A stretch of 64,000 nucleotides of DNA from Isurus oxyrinchus. Lineage: Eukaryota. The stretch lies in NCBI GenBank assembly GCA_026770705.1, contig JANJGN010000005.1:103726001-103790000 (forward strand), given 5' to 3'. The translations under genes were made by a program, and so were the position numbers. The notes under the pieces were generated by a model that was given only the letters and a program-made list of their open reading frames with translations, ran no database searches and had not been told where the DNA came from. Positions 1 to 11,859 of this stretch are shown in pieces (the first letter of the stretch is position 1; each line of letters begins with the position of its first letter).

Positions 1-1090
1 GCAGATCCTGGAAATACCTGGAAAAATTCAGCAGGTCTGGCAGCATCGGCGGAGAAGAACATTGTTGACGTTTTGAGTCCTCATGACCCTTCAACAGAAC
101 TAAGTAGAAATAGAAAAGGGGTGAAATTTAAGCTGGTTTAAGGGGGGAGTTGGAGGTGGTGGTGGTGGTGGTGGTGTGGGGCTGGGGGGTTGTTGGGACA
201 AGCAAGCAGTGATAGGAGGAGATAACCAAAAGATGTCACAGACATAAGAACAAAGAGGTGTTGAAGATGGTGATATTATCTAAAAGATTAAGATTGGAGA
301 GCAGGACGAGCAAGGTAGCTCTAGTGGGGGGTGGGGTGAAATAAACCATGTGTGGAATACATTTAAAAATAATGGAAATAGGTGGGAAAAGAAAAATCTA
401 TACAAATTATTGGAAAAAACAAAAGGGAGGGGGAAGAAATGGAAAGGGGGTAGGGATGGAGGAGGGAATTCAAGATCTAAAGTTGTTGAAATCAATATTC
501 AGTCCGGAAGGGTGTAAAGTGCCTAGTCGGAAGATGAGGTGCTGTTCCTCCAGTTTGCGTTGGGCTTCACTGGAACAATGCAGCAAGCCAAGGACAGACA
601 TGTGGGCAAGAGAGCAGGGTGGAGTGTTAAAATGGCAAGCGACAGGGAGGTCTGGGTAATGCTTGCGGACAGACCGAAGGTGTTCTGCAAAGCGGTCACC
701 CAGTCTGCGTTTGGTCTCTCCAATGTAGAGGAAACTGCATTGGGAGCAATGAATGCAGTAGACTAAGCTGGGAGAAATGCAAGTGAAATGCTGCTTCACT
801 TGAAAGGAGTGTTTGGGCCCTTGGACGCTGAGGAGAGGAAGTGAAGGGGCAGGTGTTGCATATTTTGCGTTTGCATGGGGAGGTGCCGCAGGTGGGGGTT
901 GAGGAGTAGGGGGTGATGGAGGAGTGGACCAGGGTGTCACGGAGGGAACGATCTCTATGGAATGCCATCAGGTGGGTGAAGGGAAGATGTTGTTTGGTGG
1001 TGGCATCATGCTGGAGTTGGCGGAGGATGATCCTTTGAATGTGGAGGCTGGTGGGGTGATAAGTGAGGAAAAGGGGGAACCCTATCATGG
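1..1090 (-). mobile_element. Penelope-like retroelement, 5'-truncated (GIY-YIG C-terminus, 3' UTR and hammerhead-bearing terminal repeat)
   Basis: Minus-strand ORF has VYCIHCSQCSFLYIGETKRRLGDRFAEH...EQHLIFRLGTLHPSGLN (PLE GIY-YIG endonuclease). Terminal module at 1-101 matches other copies. Highly similar to 62425-63197. Confidence 0.9.
470..940 (-). pseudogene. PLE GIY-YIG endonuclease fragment
   Basis: GIY-YIG signature VYCI...YIGET...R..EH. The upstream CKRKICNTC Cys motif lies in a different frame (ORF 696..1124), i.e. frameshifted. Confidence 0.85.
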
Positions 1091-1550
1091 ATTGTTTGTT
1101 TATTATCAATATTGCTGAATTCAAATGAGGCCTTTATCACCGCGTGGGGTGAGCTCTCCAATGCCTCTAGTTTCCGGATAATGGCGGACAGAATTTGGAC
1201 TTCAAGCCTTGGCATGGTTAGACCTCCATTCCTGTTACTGCTGTATAGTAAACCATCCGTTGTATGTGGCGGAAGGTGTAGTATTTCTTTTGTTCCATTC
1301 TTGATATAGTGATCCAGTTTAACTAGAATGTTCTGTGAGACCTCTGCGAGGATCAGGTGGAAATATATTCTGGGTATCATATGCGTTTTAAGGATTTCAA
1401 TCCTTTGGATAGGCCGAAGAGCTGCCTTCTTCAGATTCTCTATCCACATAACGATTTTGGATCCCCATTGCTCCTCAGTTACCCCCGCCCAGAGATAGAT
1501 TCTGGCACCCAGATATTTCTCCATTTCCCCTGGTGGTATGTAAGAGATAA
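1091..1550 (-). mobile_element. R2/NeSL-like (RLE-class) non-LTR retrotransposon RT fragment
   Basis: Translation EKYLGARI...LRPIQRIEILKTHMIPRIYFHL...LDHYIKNGTKEILHLP...LYSSNRNGGL matches RT domain 7 and thumb motifs of R2-group elements. Confidence 0.75.
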
Positions 1551-1624
1551 GCTTGCCCTCTGCTTCAGTGAGCCCATGTAGAAGACAGAGGACAGAAGTC
1601 TGAGTGGAATGGAGAAACGTGACA

Positions 1625-1862
1625 CAAACTGTTGTTGATTGTTGTAAAAACCCATATGGTTCACCAATGTCCTTTAGGGGAAGAAATCTGCCATCCTTGC
1701 CTGATCAGGCCTACATGTGACTCCAAAGACACAACAATGTGGTTGACTCTTAAATGCTCTCCGAAATGGCATAGCAAGACACACAAATTGAGGGCAATTA
1801 GGGATGGGCAACAAATGCTGGCCTTGCCAGTGATACCCACATCCAATGAAAGAATGTAAAAA
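1625..1862 (+). mobile_element. SINE 3' portion sharing its tail with the second CR1-like LINE family
   Basis: ggttcaccaatgtcctttaggg...acatgtgactcc body followed by the agggcaattagggatgggcaacaaatgctggcc tail seen repeatedly in the window. Confidence 0.7.
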
Positions 1863-2099
1863 GCAGCATCTCAGATGGATAAGGACACAGTGGGAAAAAA
1901 AAAAGCTAGTGACAAACTGGTTTTAGTGCAAAAAGTAAAAGAAACACAAATCCAAAAGTTATGGTGGGATTCATTTCAGCTTTTAATCACTGGGTGAAGG
2001 GGTCATCACAAATGAGCACCCACCATTGAGTTCAATAGGAAGAGAGGGCAATAAGGTAAAATTGTTCTGTGAACATACATAAAATTGTAATATAAAACC

Positions 2100-3200
2100 T
2101 CAGTACATCCCTCAACTCCACTTCCTTAAGCCCAAGTGACTGGACTTGAATGTCTCTGGCGACTGAATTAACAATTAATTCACCGCCAAATCTGGATCTT
2201 ACATCTTTGAATAAATATCAGGCAATGCTCTCTATCAGTAAAACTACCTACTTTCCAAAGATCTTCAAGGAAGGTAAAAATAACATCCAACTTCTCTTCC
2301 CCATCATTAACCACCCTCCTTTGACTCCTCCACCTTCACCACCAGCTCACAGGCTTTTCCATTACAAAGATTGAGACTATTCGTTCCCTTTCCTCCTTTC
2401 CCCTGACCCACATGGCCTTTAAGGTTTCCCCTAGCTCTAACGCTGAATTTGCCATCTTCTCTAGTTTCTTTTCTATCTCATCTTCTCAATGAGGTCTACC
2501 TTTTGCTCTCTAGACATTATGCCCACTAAAGTGCTGACTACTCAACTTCCCTTCCTGGTTCCTATGTTAGCTGACATTAGCATCTGTCCGCCTCTCCTTC
2601 AAATCTGCCATCTTCACACCTCTCCTAAAAAAAAACTCTTGACCCACGCTCCCTGCCTGTTCTTCAAAATTACTGCCCCATCCTGGTTCACTATGACAAA
2701 AATAAACTATCCCTTCTGAACCTACAGCCTTTGACACAGTTGGTCCTGAAATTCTGATCCAGTATTGGATGAGCAGAAATTTCCTCCAATTAAATACTGG
2801 AGGATAGGAGCTACTGTTTTCAATCCATCACAAAGTGGTCACCTACTCCAAGCCTCTCTGAGAAATGTCTAGGGCTGAACAAGACTAGTGAGATAAGCTA
2901 GATCTCCATTTTAAAATTCTCATCCCAGTTTTCAAATGCCTCCACAGCCTCGCACCCTGCACCCCCCCAGTCCCAACTCTACTCCCCTCATGCCTGACAA
3001 ACACCATTGCCCCACCCCTGCACCAATCTCTGCATTCTGCAAAACCTGGCTTCTATAATCACTACCAGTGGCAGCCATTCCTTTATGTGCCTAGGCCCCA
3101 AGCTCTGGAAGTCCCGCCTGGTATTTTTATGTCCCTCTTTCTTGCTTTAAGCCACTCCTTAAAACCCACCTCTTTGACCCTCATCTGATCTAACGTCTTC
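2100..3200 (+). mobile_element. Old, internally deleted L2-type LINE fragments
   Basis: Colinear similarity to the L2 at 47640-51152 (e.g. cagcctttgacacagttgg, aatttcctccaattaaata, cttaaaacccacctctttgacc). Confidence 0.65.
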
Positions 3201-3209
3201 TTATTACAT

Positions 3210-4335
3210 AACTGGCTAAGGTTGACAGGGTAAATAGACTCAAAGGTTTGGCAATAAATAAACAGTGGGAAACATTTAAAGAAACAATTCAATAAATGTT
3301 CAACAAAAATACATTCCATTGAAAAACAAAAAACCAGCATAAAAGACCCATCCATAGCTTATTCAGGAAGTTAAATATAGTATTAAATTTAAAGAAGAGA
3401 CTTATAATGTTGCAAGGAACAGTTGCAAATCTGAGGGTTGAGAGTGTTTTAGTAATCAAAGGGCCACCAGGAAGTTGGGAAAAAAACAGAATATAAGAGT
3501 AAACCAGCCAGGAATATAAAAACAGATTGTAAGAGCTTTTCCAAGTATAAAAGAGAGTAGCTAAAATAAATATTGGTCCCTTAGAAGCAGAGACATGAGA
3601 AATTATCATGGGAATGAGGAAAAAATGGCAGATGCATTAAACAAATATTTTGTGTTCGTTTTCAATGTAGAAGACTCAAGTTACATAAATTCCCCAGACT
3701 AATTTCTGGAATGACAGGATTATCATCTAAGGAGAGATTTGAGGATAAAAACAAAGAGAACTGCGGATGCTGGAAATCCAAAACAAAAACAGAATTACCT
3801 GGAAAAACTCAGCAGGTCTGGCAGCATCGGCGGAGAAGAAAAGAGTTGATGTTTCGAGTCTTCATGACCCTTCGACAGAACTTGATGAGGCTGGGCCTGT
3901 ATCAGGCCATAGGAACATACAGTGCAGACTCACTATACAATGCAGATTCACCATGCTGCTGTCTAGTACAAGGAAATACAATTGTGAACACAAACAATAA
4001 CTGGGGCTCCTTTTATTGCAGCAGAGGTGATCATTAGGTGATTTGATGGGGATGTTTAATATTATTAAGTGATGTTTTCACATTAGATAGAAATAGTTTT
4101 CTAGAACAAGGGGACATAAACATAGGATTAAACATAGCAGGGGCCAGGGGAGGAGAGAAGAAATATTTTTATGAAAAGGGGGTTGAGAGACTATGGAAGG
4201 CACTAGAGTTATGACTGAAGAAGACACTATCTCAACATAGCAAATAAGATATATGTGTTTGAAGGAAAAAGTAAATAAAAATGATACGAGAAGAGTGAAG
4301 CTACAGAGGACTGTGGGACTATTTCTCATGAAGGA
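3210..4335 (+). mobile_element. Decayed CR1 LINE fragments, interrupted by a PLE terminus
   Basis: CR1 ORF2-like segments (ggtcccttagaagcagagaca...gaaattatcatggg; ctagaacaaggggacataaa). Confidence 0.6.
3745..3882 (-). mobile_element. Short PLE terminal module with hammerhead motif
   Basis: Near-identical to 42167-42305. Confidence 0.85.
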
Positions 4336-4340
4336 TAAAC

Positions 4341-4480
4341 TCTTCTGAAGAAGAGTCATACAGGTTCGAAATGTTAACTCTGTTTTTCTCTCCACAGATG
4401 GTGCTGTTAGACCTGCTGAGATTTTTTAGCATTTTCGTTTTTGTTTTGATTTCCAGCATCCGCAGTATTTTGCTTTTATC
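4341..4480 (+). mobile_element. Short PLE terminal module with canonical-core hammerhead
   Basis: ctgaaga-agagtcatacaggttc-gaaa-tgttaac followed by the ...ccagcatccgcagtattttgctttt tail. Confidence 0.8.
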
Positions 4481-4549
4481 TTGTATGAGGAAAAACACAG
4501 CATCTGTTGAGATGAACAAACCATTTCCATGTTGCATCTCTACGTACTA

Positions 4550-4700
4550 CTGACACTGGCTGAAAATCCTGGAACTCCCTATCCAACAGCTTTGTAGTGT
4601 AGGTTACACCCACAAAGTGTAGTGGTTCAAGGTGGCAGCTTACAGATGGACAATAAATGCTGGCCTTTGCCAGCAACACCCACATCACGATTAAAATAAA
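4550..4700 (+). mobile_element. 3' end of second CR1-like LINE family
   Basis: aaaatcctggaactccct...aataaatgctggcc...cccacatc tail. Confidence 0.7.
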
Positions 4701-5461
4701 ACCTTCAACTCATTTTAGGCTCTCCTTTATTTCCCACTCCATGGCCTGAATCCTTCCTCATTTGCAGCACAGATAGAAATTATCTGTCAGGCCTCTACCA
4801 ATGCCATAATCCTTCGAAGACAATAGGGCAAATGCAAGCAAACTCTAGGCCTATTTTCCCCCTCTTTCTCTTGTGATGTAAATGAGCAAGTGATCAGATT
4901 TTGAAATTGATAAATCTGATTGAAGATCAATTTTCCCAAAACTGGCTTTTTTTTCCCTCCCAGGAGAGCACATGGCTACCAGTAGGTGATATATGTGTCA
5001 ATCATGATGCTTATGGTATCATGGTGCTATGGAGCAAACTCAATGGACTACTAGTTCTGATATTCTGATAAAAGATTATAGGCCTGAAATCTCAACTGTT
5101 TCTCTACAGATGCTGCCTGACCTTCTGGGTATTCCTAGCATTGTGTGTTTATTTCACTGCACTAGTTATATTTTTCCACCTTCACCTTTAGCATGGTCAT
5201 ATGCTTGTATGTCCCAAGAAAATCCAAGTCATTTATATTTTTTCAGTAACTCGAAAACCAAAAGTGCATAAGATTAAATCAGAATGCATCAGTATAATGT
5301 TATAATTCTAAATCTCCAGGGAGCATGTTCTTGGACAAACATTTTCCAAGAAATGCCCCAATAATTTTCCAATTTGAACATCTACATTTTCATTTTAGGT
5401 ATTCAGGTACATGCGACCGTTTCCCTCAAATGCATGTCTAAGAATACTAGATGCACCCATA

Positions 5462-6116
5462 GGGCAGAATCTTGCCCTTGGATGGTGAGTGGGCCCCACC
5501 GGCTTGGCGGCGGGTGGGCAGCTGACCCCCGCCAATGAAACAGGGCCTGCCGCCATTAAGTGGGCGGGCCAATTAAGGTCTGCCCAGTGGAAGTGCTATG
5601 CGCTTCCTGTGTAGGGGGGGGATTCCCTATCTGTCAAAGTGCGCTCTTTCGCATGCGCGCGGAAGAGCACACTTCTCCCTGAGGAAAAGTCCTGTCTCAG
5701 GGAGAATAGTGACAGTGTCAAAAACATTAAAAATAGAAACATTAAAAAATTAACATGTCACATGTTAATAAAGACCACATAAACTTTATTAATTTTTTAC
5801 AATACGGACATGAAACTTCATCCTGCCAGTGGATGAAGTTTCATCAATAATCTGGAGCCCGCTGGGGCTCCTGGCCTGCCCACCAGCCTTAAGGTTGGAT
5901 GGGCAGTGCCTTGAATTACTTTAAATAGCCTGTCAATGGCCTCAATTGGCCATTGACAGATCAGCGGGCGGACAGCTGATTTTGCTGTCTGCCCGCCTTC
6001 CTAAAAATTTAAATGGACCGGGATGACGTCAGGGATTCCTCCCAACATTATCCCACGTCATTTTCCCCTCAGCGACCGGGCCCCGCCCCCAAATCTCCGA
6101 GGGGAAAATCCTGGCC
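5462..6116. mobile_element. Harbinger-type MITE
   Basis: Imperfect TIR gggcagaatctt / aaaatcctggcc; 3-bp direct flank ATA (5459-5461, 6117-6119); terminus and subterminal motif shared with the element at 59969. Confidence 0.75.
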
Positions 6117-6789
6117 ATAATTTAAATTACAACGTCTATGTAAACATGTGTTTTCATATGAAACAGGCTATATCATCAGGGCTTCAATGGTTCTCAGATT
6201 TTCAAGGCTACAGGAGCATTTTAAAGCAGTTATCCAGCTTCTAACTTTCATGGTAGGCAGATACACAAAAATTGCAATCTAATCTATGTTTCAATTAAGC
6301 AGCTTATAAAACCAGAAATCAGGCCTCAGTTAGAATAGATTTTTTGACAGCAGCAATATTTGGGCTCTTTTAACCAAAAACTGGTAAGTTGAACAAAGTA
6401 ACATTTATTAGTCCCAAACAAATAAGCATAATTTCCTCTTCCAGAAATTTCAGTTCACATAAATTTTAACAAATATATAGAGTTAAGAATGAAGGCTAGT
6501 TCTTTATTATTTCGATATCATAACCAGCCTTCCACAACCCACCTTAAATGTTTGCATAGCCTCTGTTTTAATCATAAATCTGCAGTGCAGTCACATGGCC
6601 ACTATATAATGTTTCACTTAAATCTTTTATATATAAATGAAAGTTGCTGTTGTAACCTTATATCTATCTTTTCAATCCAGCCTCAATCTCTGGAAACATT
6701 CTGCTTCCATCTACTTTATCTTATCCTTTCACCTCTGGAAATCACTCCTCTGATCTAACAAAAACAATTACCAACATTCTATTGGATCA

Positions 6790-7430
6790 CCCTTTGTTTG
6801 TCATTTAATATGGTTTCTATCTTATCTGGAAATTTGGACACAACACTCTATTGCCCAACATCCAAATCATTGATAGACACACTGAATAGAAGTAGCCCCT
6901 GAACAGAATCCTGAGGAACACTACTGCCCACTTCCAACAAATGAGAAACTGCCTTTAACTCCTGCTGTACTCTCCCCATTAACCAGTTTGCCAGCTTCCC
7001 CAATTTCATATCACCTAACCTTCTCCAATAGTCTTGTGCAGTAACCACGAGTTGAGTTCATGTACGCTACATTCAGATATGACCTGAGTCATCTTGGTCT
7101 CTCTTTTTGAAAAAGGTCATCATATTGGCCATTCTCCAGTCTTCCCGAAACACGTCCACTCAACAAAACCTCAAAATATAATTTCTAGGATCTCTACCAT
7201 TTATTCCTCCTTTTCCCTTGAACTTGGATGTATCCATCATGTCTTGTCACTCTGTCCTTGTTTAGCTTGCTTAAGTTCTTTAACACTTTCTCTCTATTCA
7301 AAATGTCACTTAGCTTGTTTTTAACCAATTCTGGATTTACCTCCTTCCCCATAGTCTACCACTTTGCAAACACTGAAGAAGATTATTTGTTTAGTATCAC
7401 CAATTTCCATTTATCTGTCTCCTCTGGTCA
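6790..7430 (-). mobile_element. CR1 RT fragment, decayed
   Basis: ORF 6848..7048: VPQDSVQGLLLFSVSINDLD (RT motif). Confidence 0.7.
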
Positions 7431-7739
7431 ACATGTTTCCTGCCCAACGAGCAAGGTGGCATTGCTGGAGCGAGTCCTGGGGAATGAAGTGGGTTAGATG
7501 GAGAATGTCACAGTTGGGGAAACCTTGAGGATAGTGACCATAGTATTGTAAAGCTTAGAGCAGACATGGAGAAAGACGAAGAGCAAACTAGAATACAAAT
7601 ACTTAACTAGAGGAGGGCTATTTTCAACAAACTCTAAGTTACCAAGCCAGAACTCTCCAGTCAAAGGCTGGCAGGCAAACACTGTAAAAGAGCAATGTGT
7701 GGTCTTTAAAGTGGGGGTGGTTCAAGAAAAACTTCAGTA

Positions 7740-8236
7740 CATTTCAGGAATGGCATGAAGGCATTGGGGAGGGTACAGAACAGATTTACTGGCATGCTTC
7801 CAGGTATGAGAGATTACAGTTAATGTGAATAGACTAGAGAAACTGGGGCAGTTCTACTTAGAGCAGCAAAGGGTAAGAAGCAATTTGATAGAGGTATTTA
7901 AAATCACAAAGAATTTAGATAGAATAAATGAAGAACTGTTTCCAAAAGCACAGTTTTAAAGGTGACTAGTGAAAGAACCAGGGGTGACAGGAGGAAAAAC
8001 ATTTTTACAAATTGAATGGTTAGGATTTGGAATGTGCTGCCAGATAGGATGGTAGACAATATCTCAGTAGTAACATTCAAAAGGAGAATTGGATAAATAC
8101 ATGAAGGATTAAAAAAAAATGCAGGAATATGGGCAAAGGGCAGGAGAGCGGGGCTAGCCGAATTGTTTTTTGAATGAACCAGAATAGACTTGCTGGGCCA
8201 ACTGGCCTCCTTCTGTGCTGTTGTATTCTATGATTC
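7740..8236 (+). mobile_element. CR1 3' end
   Basis: ORF2 C-terminus-like sequence, hairpin gggcc...ggcctccttctgtgctg and attctatgattc tail. Confidence 0.8.
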
Positions 8237-10329
8237 CCACATTTAACAAGTGCATGCAATGGTGAAGGTTTGCTTTACTACACCAGAATAAACAATGATT
8301 TTCTGGAAGCATGCTTATGATTAGAGTAATAGTTTGCCATACTTTAATTTTTGCCGGTTTTGCAAAATAAATTCTATTTAGTTAACAAACTAACGAGATG
8401 TATATACCTTTCAATATACCAGAGATCATTTAGAACTATGTACAATTGTTAGGTTAAAAATAAACTGCGCTGCCTTTTTGGATTTATTTTTAAATTATAT
8501 AAACATGATCAAACTATAACGTCTCCATTGCACCATAAACAAACAAAATATACATGAAATTCAGGATCAACTGAGTGAAGCAGCAGTTTTAAAATGCTGC
8601 TGTTACTGATTAATGGCCTAATTCGTTTTATATTGCTCAGTGAACAGCACATCAAATGTGATAGCTGCCAATTAAGCATCATGGACAGAGTTTCAGAGTT
8701 GTGGTGGTAGTTGGGAACGGGGTGGTGTCAAGAAACTTAAAGGTGGTTTCCCCGAATGGTATGGAATTTTAACACCATGGTATACAATTTTCCTTTCCAG
8801 GCTTCCTGCCTAAAATACAATCCAATAGACAGGCCAGTCAGTTGAGCGATGGTGGCTGTAGAAAAGGCCACAATCAAGGAGCAGTGGTAGAGGAATCGTG
8901 GGGGTTGGTTTGGTGAGCATAGTTACTAGGGGTTGGCGGATGGTATCAGAGAAGCTGACAGATTGCTGCTTTTAATAGGGCCTGTAAAATGCACAATTTG
9001 CAGATTCAGCCCTTCTTGCCTTTTGAGTTTCCTAAGATTAGGAAGACATGGACAACAACAGCAAAAAAAAAGGTAAGATGAAGGCACACAGACGCTAAAA
9101 AGTATTGATGGCTAAATCGCCTCCCAAGTGTACATCCGTCAACACCACGTTAAAATCAGAAGTGAGTGGGTTGGATTTTTGTTTGAAATTAACATTTTTA
9201 CTTCCCACCTGATCCAAACAAACCAGTTTAGCAAGGTGTAAATTCAACAAAAGCTTAGCTATTATTTATATGCTCCAAACTTTTGTTTTTGCACGCTTGA
9301 TTTGTATTCCATATAGTGGTCATCCAGCTACATAAATCAGTACAGGGAACAGACTAACTACTTTCATACTTTAAGCAGTGGCCCCATCACTCCCCATTAA
9401 GGGTAAACCACAGATCAGAGGTAGAGCAAAGGTACCTCAACATTACACCACAACCTCAGATGGACATCTCTTCCTCCAACACAAGTGCAACATTATAATT
9501 TCCAAGACTAGCCATCCTCCTGACCTGAAGATTCAACTTATCAATTAGGAACAGTTATACAGTAGATTCACTACACTAGGAATTGGATCAACACTATCTA
9601 TACTTCTATATGCTGGCTAGATGGAGCAAGCCCACGTTCCAGGAGTGGAAAACAGAATGTGGCCATAAGTAGTGAAACCTGTATAGGCAGACACTCACAA
9701 AGCAGACATTTGAGGCACCCCCAAATACTTTCCATGGTGAAATATACAAGAAGCATTCTCAAACAACAGACATTCATAAGTTACGGACAGCCATCAATGC
9801 ACCAAGCACCTCTAAAACTGAAAGTGTGGAACAGATGGGTCAGCAGGAAACAGTAGCTGGTTTTGAGAAAGAAATTGCTTTTGGCCAACACTGATCCCTT
9901 TATACATGATCCAATGTGGCAGAGGGCAGAGAAACCATTCCACTTCTGGGATCAAATGCTTGCACAGCTCTATCCAGGGATAGAGTTTCTGTGCCACTAT
10001 AAATACTGGGTAAAATATGCCCCATTCCCCTGAAAGTACATACAATGATCATTTTAAAAAGAATGTTTGCAAGAAAAAGGGAAGCTGATGCCAGTCCCTA
10101 TATAGTCTGCAATTAATTTTTTTAAATTATTTGTAATGGGATGTGGGTGTCACTGACTAGGCCCACAATTATTGCCTATCCCTAACTGCCCCTCAAGGCC
10201 AGTGATGCCCACATCCCATGAACAAATAAAGAAAATGCAAACTGATATAATGAATTTTTAGAACTTTGAAAAATTTGTACAAAGTGGGAGGACAAAATGT
10301 TAAAGCTGGAAAAGAAAAAGAACATATGG

Positions 10330-10900
10330 ATTGTAGGTTTTATAGAAGTGTAGAGTACAAAACCAAAGGAATTATACTAATCCTCTACAAAACATTGGTT
10401 ACGCTACAGCTAGGCTATTGTGCCTTGTTCTGGGCACTTCATCTGCAGAGAGCATTCAGAGATGCAAGATGATACCAGGAATTAGAGGCTTTAATTATGA
10501 AGGTAATTATAGAATTTTGGGTTTTTCCCATTAGAGCAGAGAAAGAAAGATAATTTTAATCACCTCTCACATTTTATGAAAAATTTCTACAGAAGATATA
10601 GCAGGGAAATTATTTTTCAAAAGCTCAAGTGTCAGTAACCCAGGGTATAAATTTATCATAGAGGGGTGCTGGAGAATTTAAAAAACACAACAGGTCAAGT
10701 CTAAATGTCAAAGCAGACAGAAATAGTGGAGGCAACAGAATATATAATAGCTTTCAAAAGTGGATAAATACTTGAAATAATTATTTTTTAAAATAAGGAG
10801 GGAAAACAGAGGAATATAGGGCTGCGTAGATAGCTCTTCAAGTGCCGACAAAAATGTTGGAAAGCTTTCTTCTATGCTGCAAAATCCTACAATTCTATGC
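10330..10900 (+). mobile_element. CR1 3' end, decayed
   Basis: VEYKTKGIILILYKTLVTLQLGYCALFWA; ends in attctatg. Confidence 0.75.
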
Positions 10901-11391
10901 CAACATTGCATCATGCTTTTCAAAGATTTAGTTTACATGAACAGCATACTGAACTCTGCACTGACATGTTTACAAATGGTGTACAGTCCCACCCCTACCC
11001 AGTTAGTATACCCAGCAAGTAGCTAATTCACAAATACCAGAAGTGTTTGGATCCTGGTTTGTGCTCACTAAGCTGATCTTTAATGAGATAGCAGTCTCCA
11101 GTTTTATGGTTTATTCTTCTCCTGCTTCTTGAAGAAACACATTAAATTGGTTACTATCCAGTCCAATGGTAAAATCTGAATTATTTATGAGGATATAATG
11201 AGATAGACTAATGGACTAAATGATCTCCTCCTTTGCTGTACTGATTCTGATTGAATAGTTAAGAGGCTACCATCTCTGCTCTGACTTTAAGCAGCTAGAG
11301 TGCAGGCTAACAGTGCCAGGCCACTTAACTAACCATCATGCATTCCGCTAATTTCTTTCAACACTTTCTTTTCTCCAGTTATTTCTAAAAC

Positions 11392-11782
11392 GGGATCAGC
11401 TCAGTAGGTCGCATTTTCAGTTGGTGGTTCAAGTCCCATTTGCGAGATGAGAACACAAGATCTACACAAACACTTCAATAGACTACTGGGGAAGTGCTGC
11501 ACTGCATTTCAAATGAGAATTTAAACTGAGAATCAGTTTGCCTTCTCAGTTGGACATAAACAATTCTATTTGGAGAAGCAGCTTTCCCAGTTAATATTTA
11601 ATCCTTCATCAAACATCAATTAAACAGAGGACTTATCACTGTGTGTTGTAGTTTGCTGTGCACAAACAGGCTGTTACATTTCCTATATTACAACAACAGT
11701 GACTTTAAGTCAAAGGCAATTCATTGGCTGTTGTGTTCTAGAATGTTGAGAGGTCATGAAAGGCAATACATAAATTAAAGTT
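11392..11782 (+). mobile_element. tRNA-headed DeuSINE (SacSINE1/AmnSINE1-like)
   Basis: A/B-box-like head (cagctcagtagg...ggttcaagtccc); Deu-like core gctgtgcacaaacaggctg...tttcctatattacaac; L2-like tail gaggtcatgaaaggcaatacataaat. Confidence 0.7.
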
Positions 11783-11859
11783 GCTCGATATTGATATATA
11801 TCTATATATTATGTGTTTTCAATTTTGCTATCATTTGTAAAAATCGATAAAAAATACTC

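Noticed and set aside
8683-9250. Possible old Harbinger MITE
   Set aside because: Termini too degraded to define TIR or TSD
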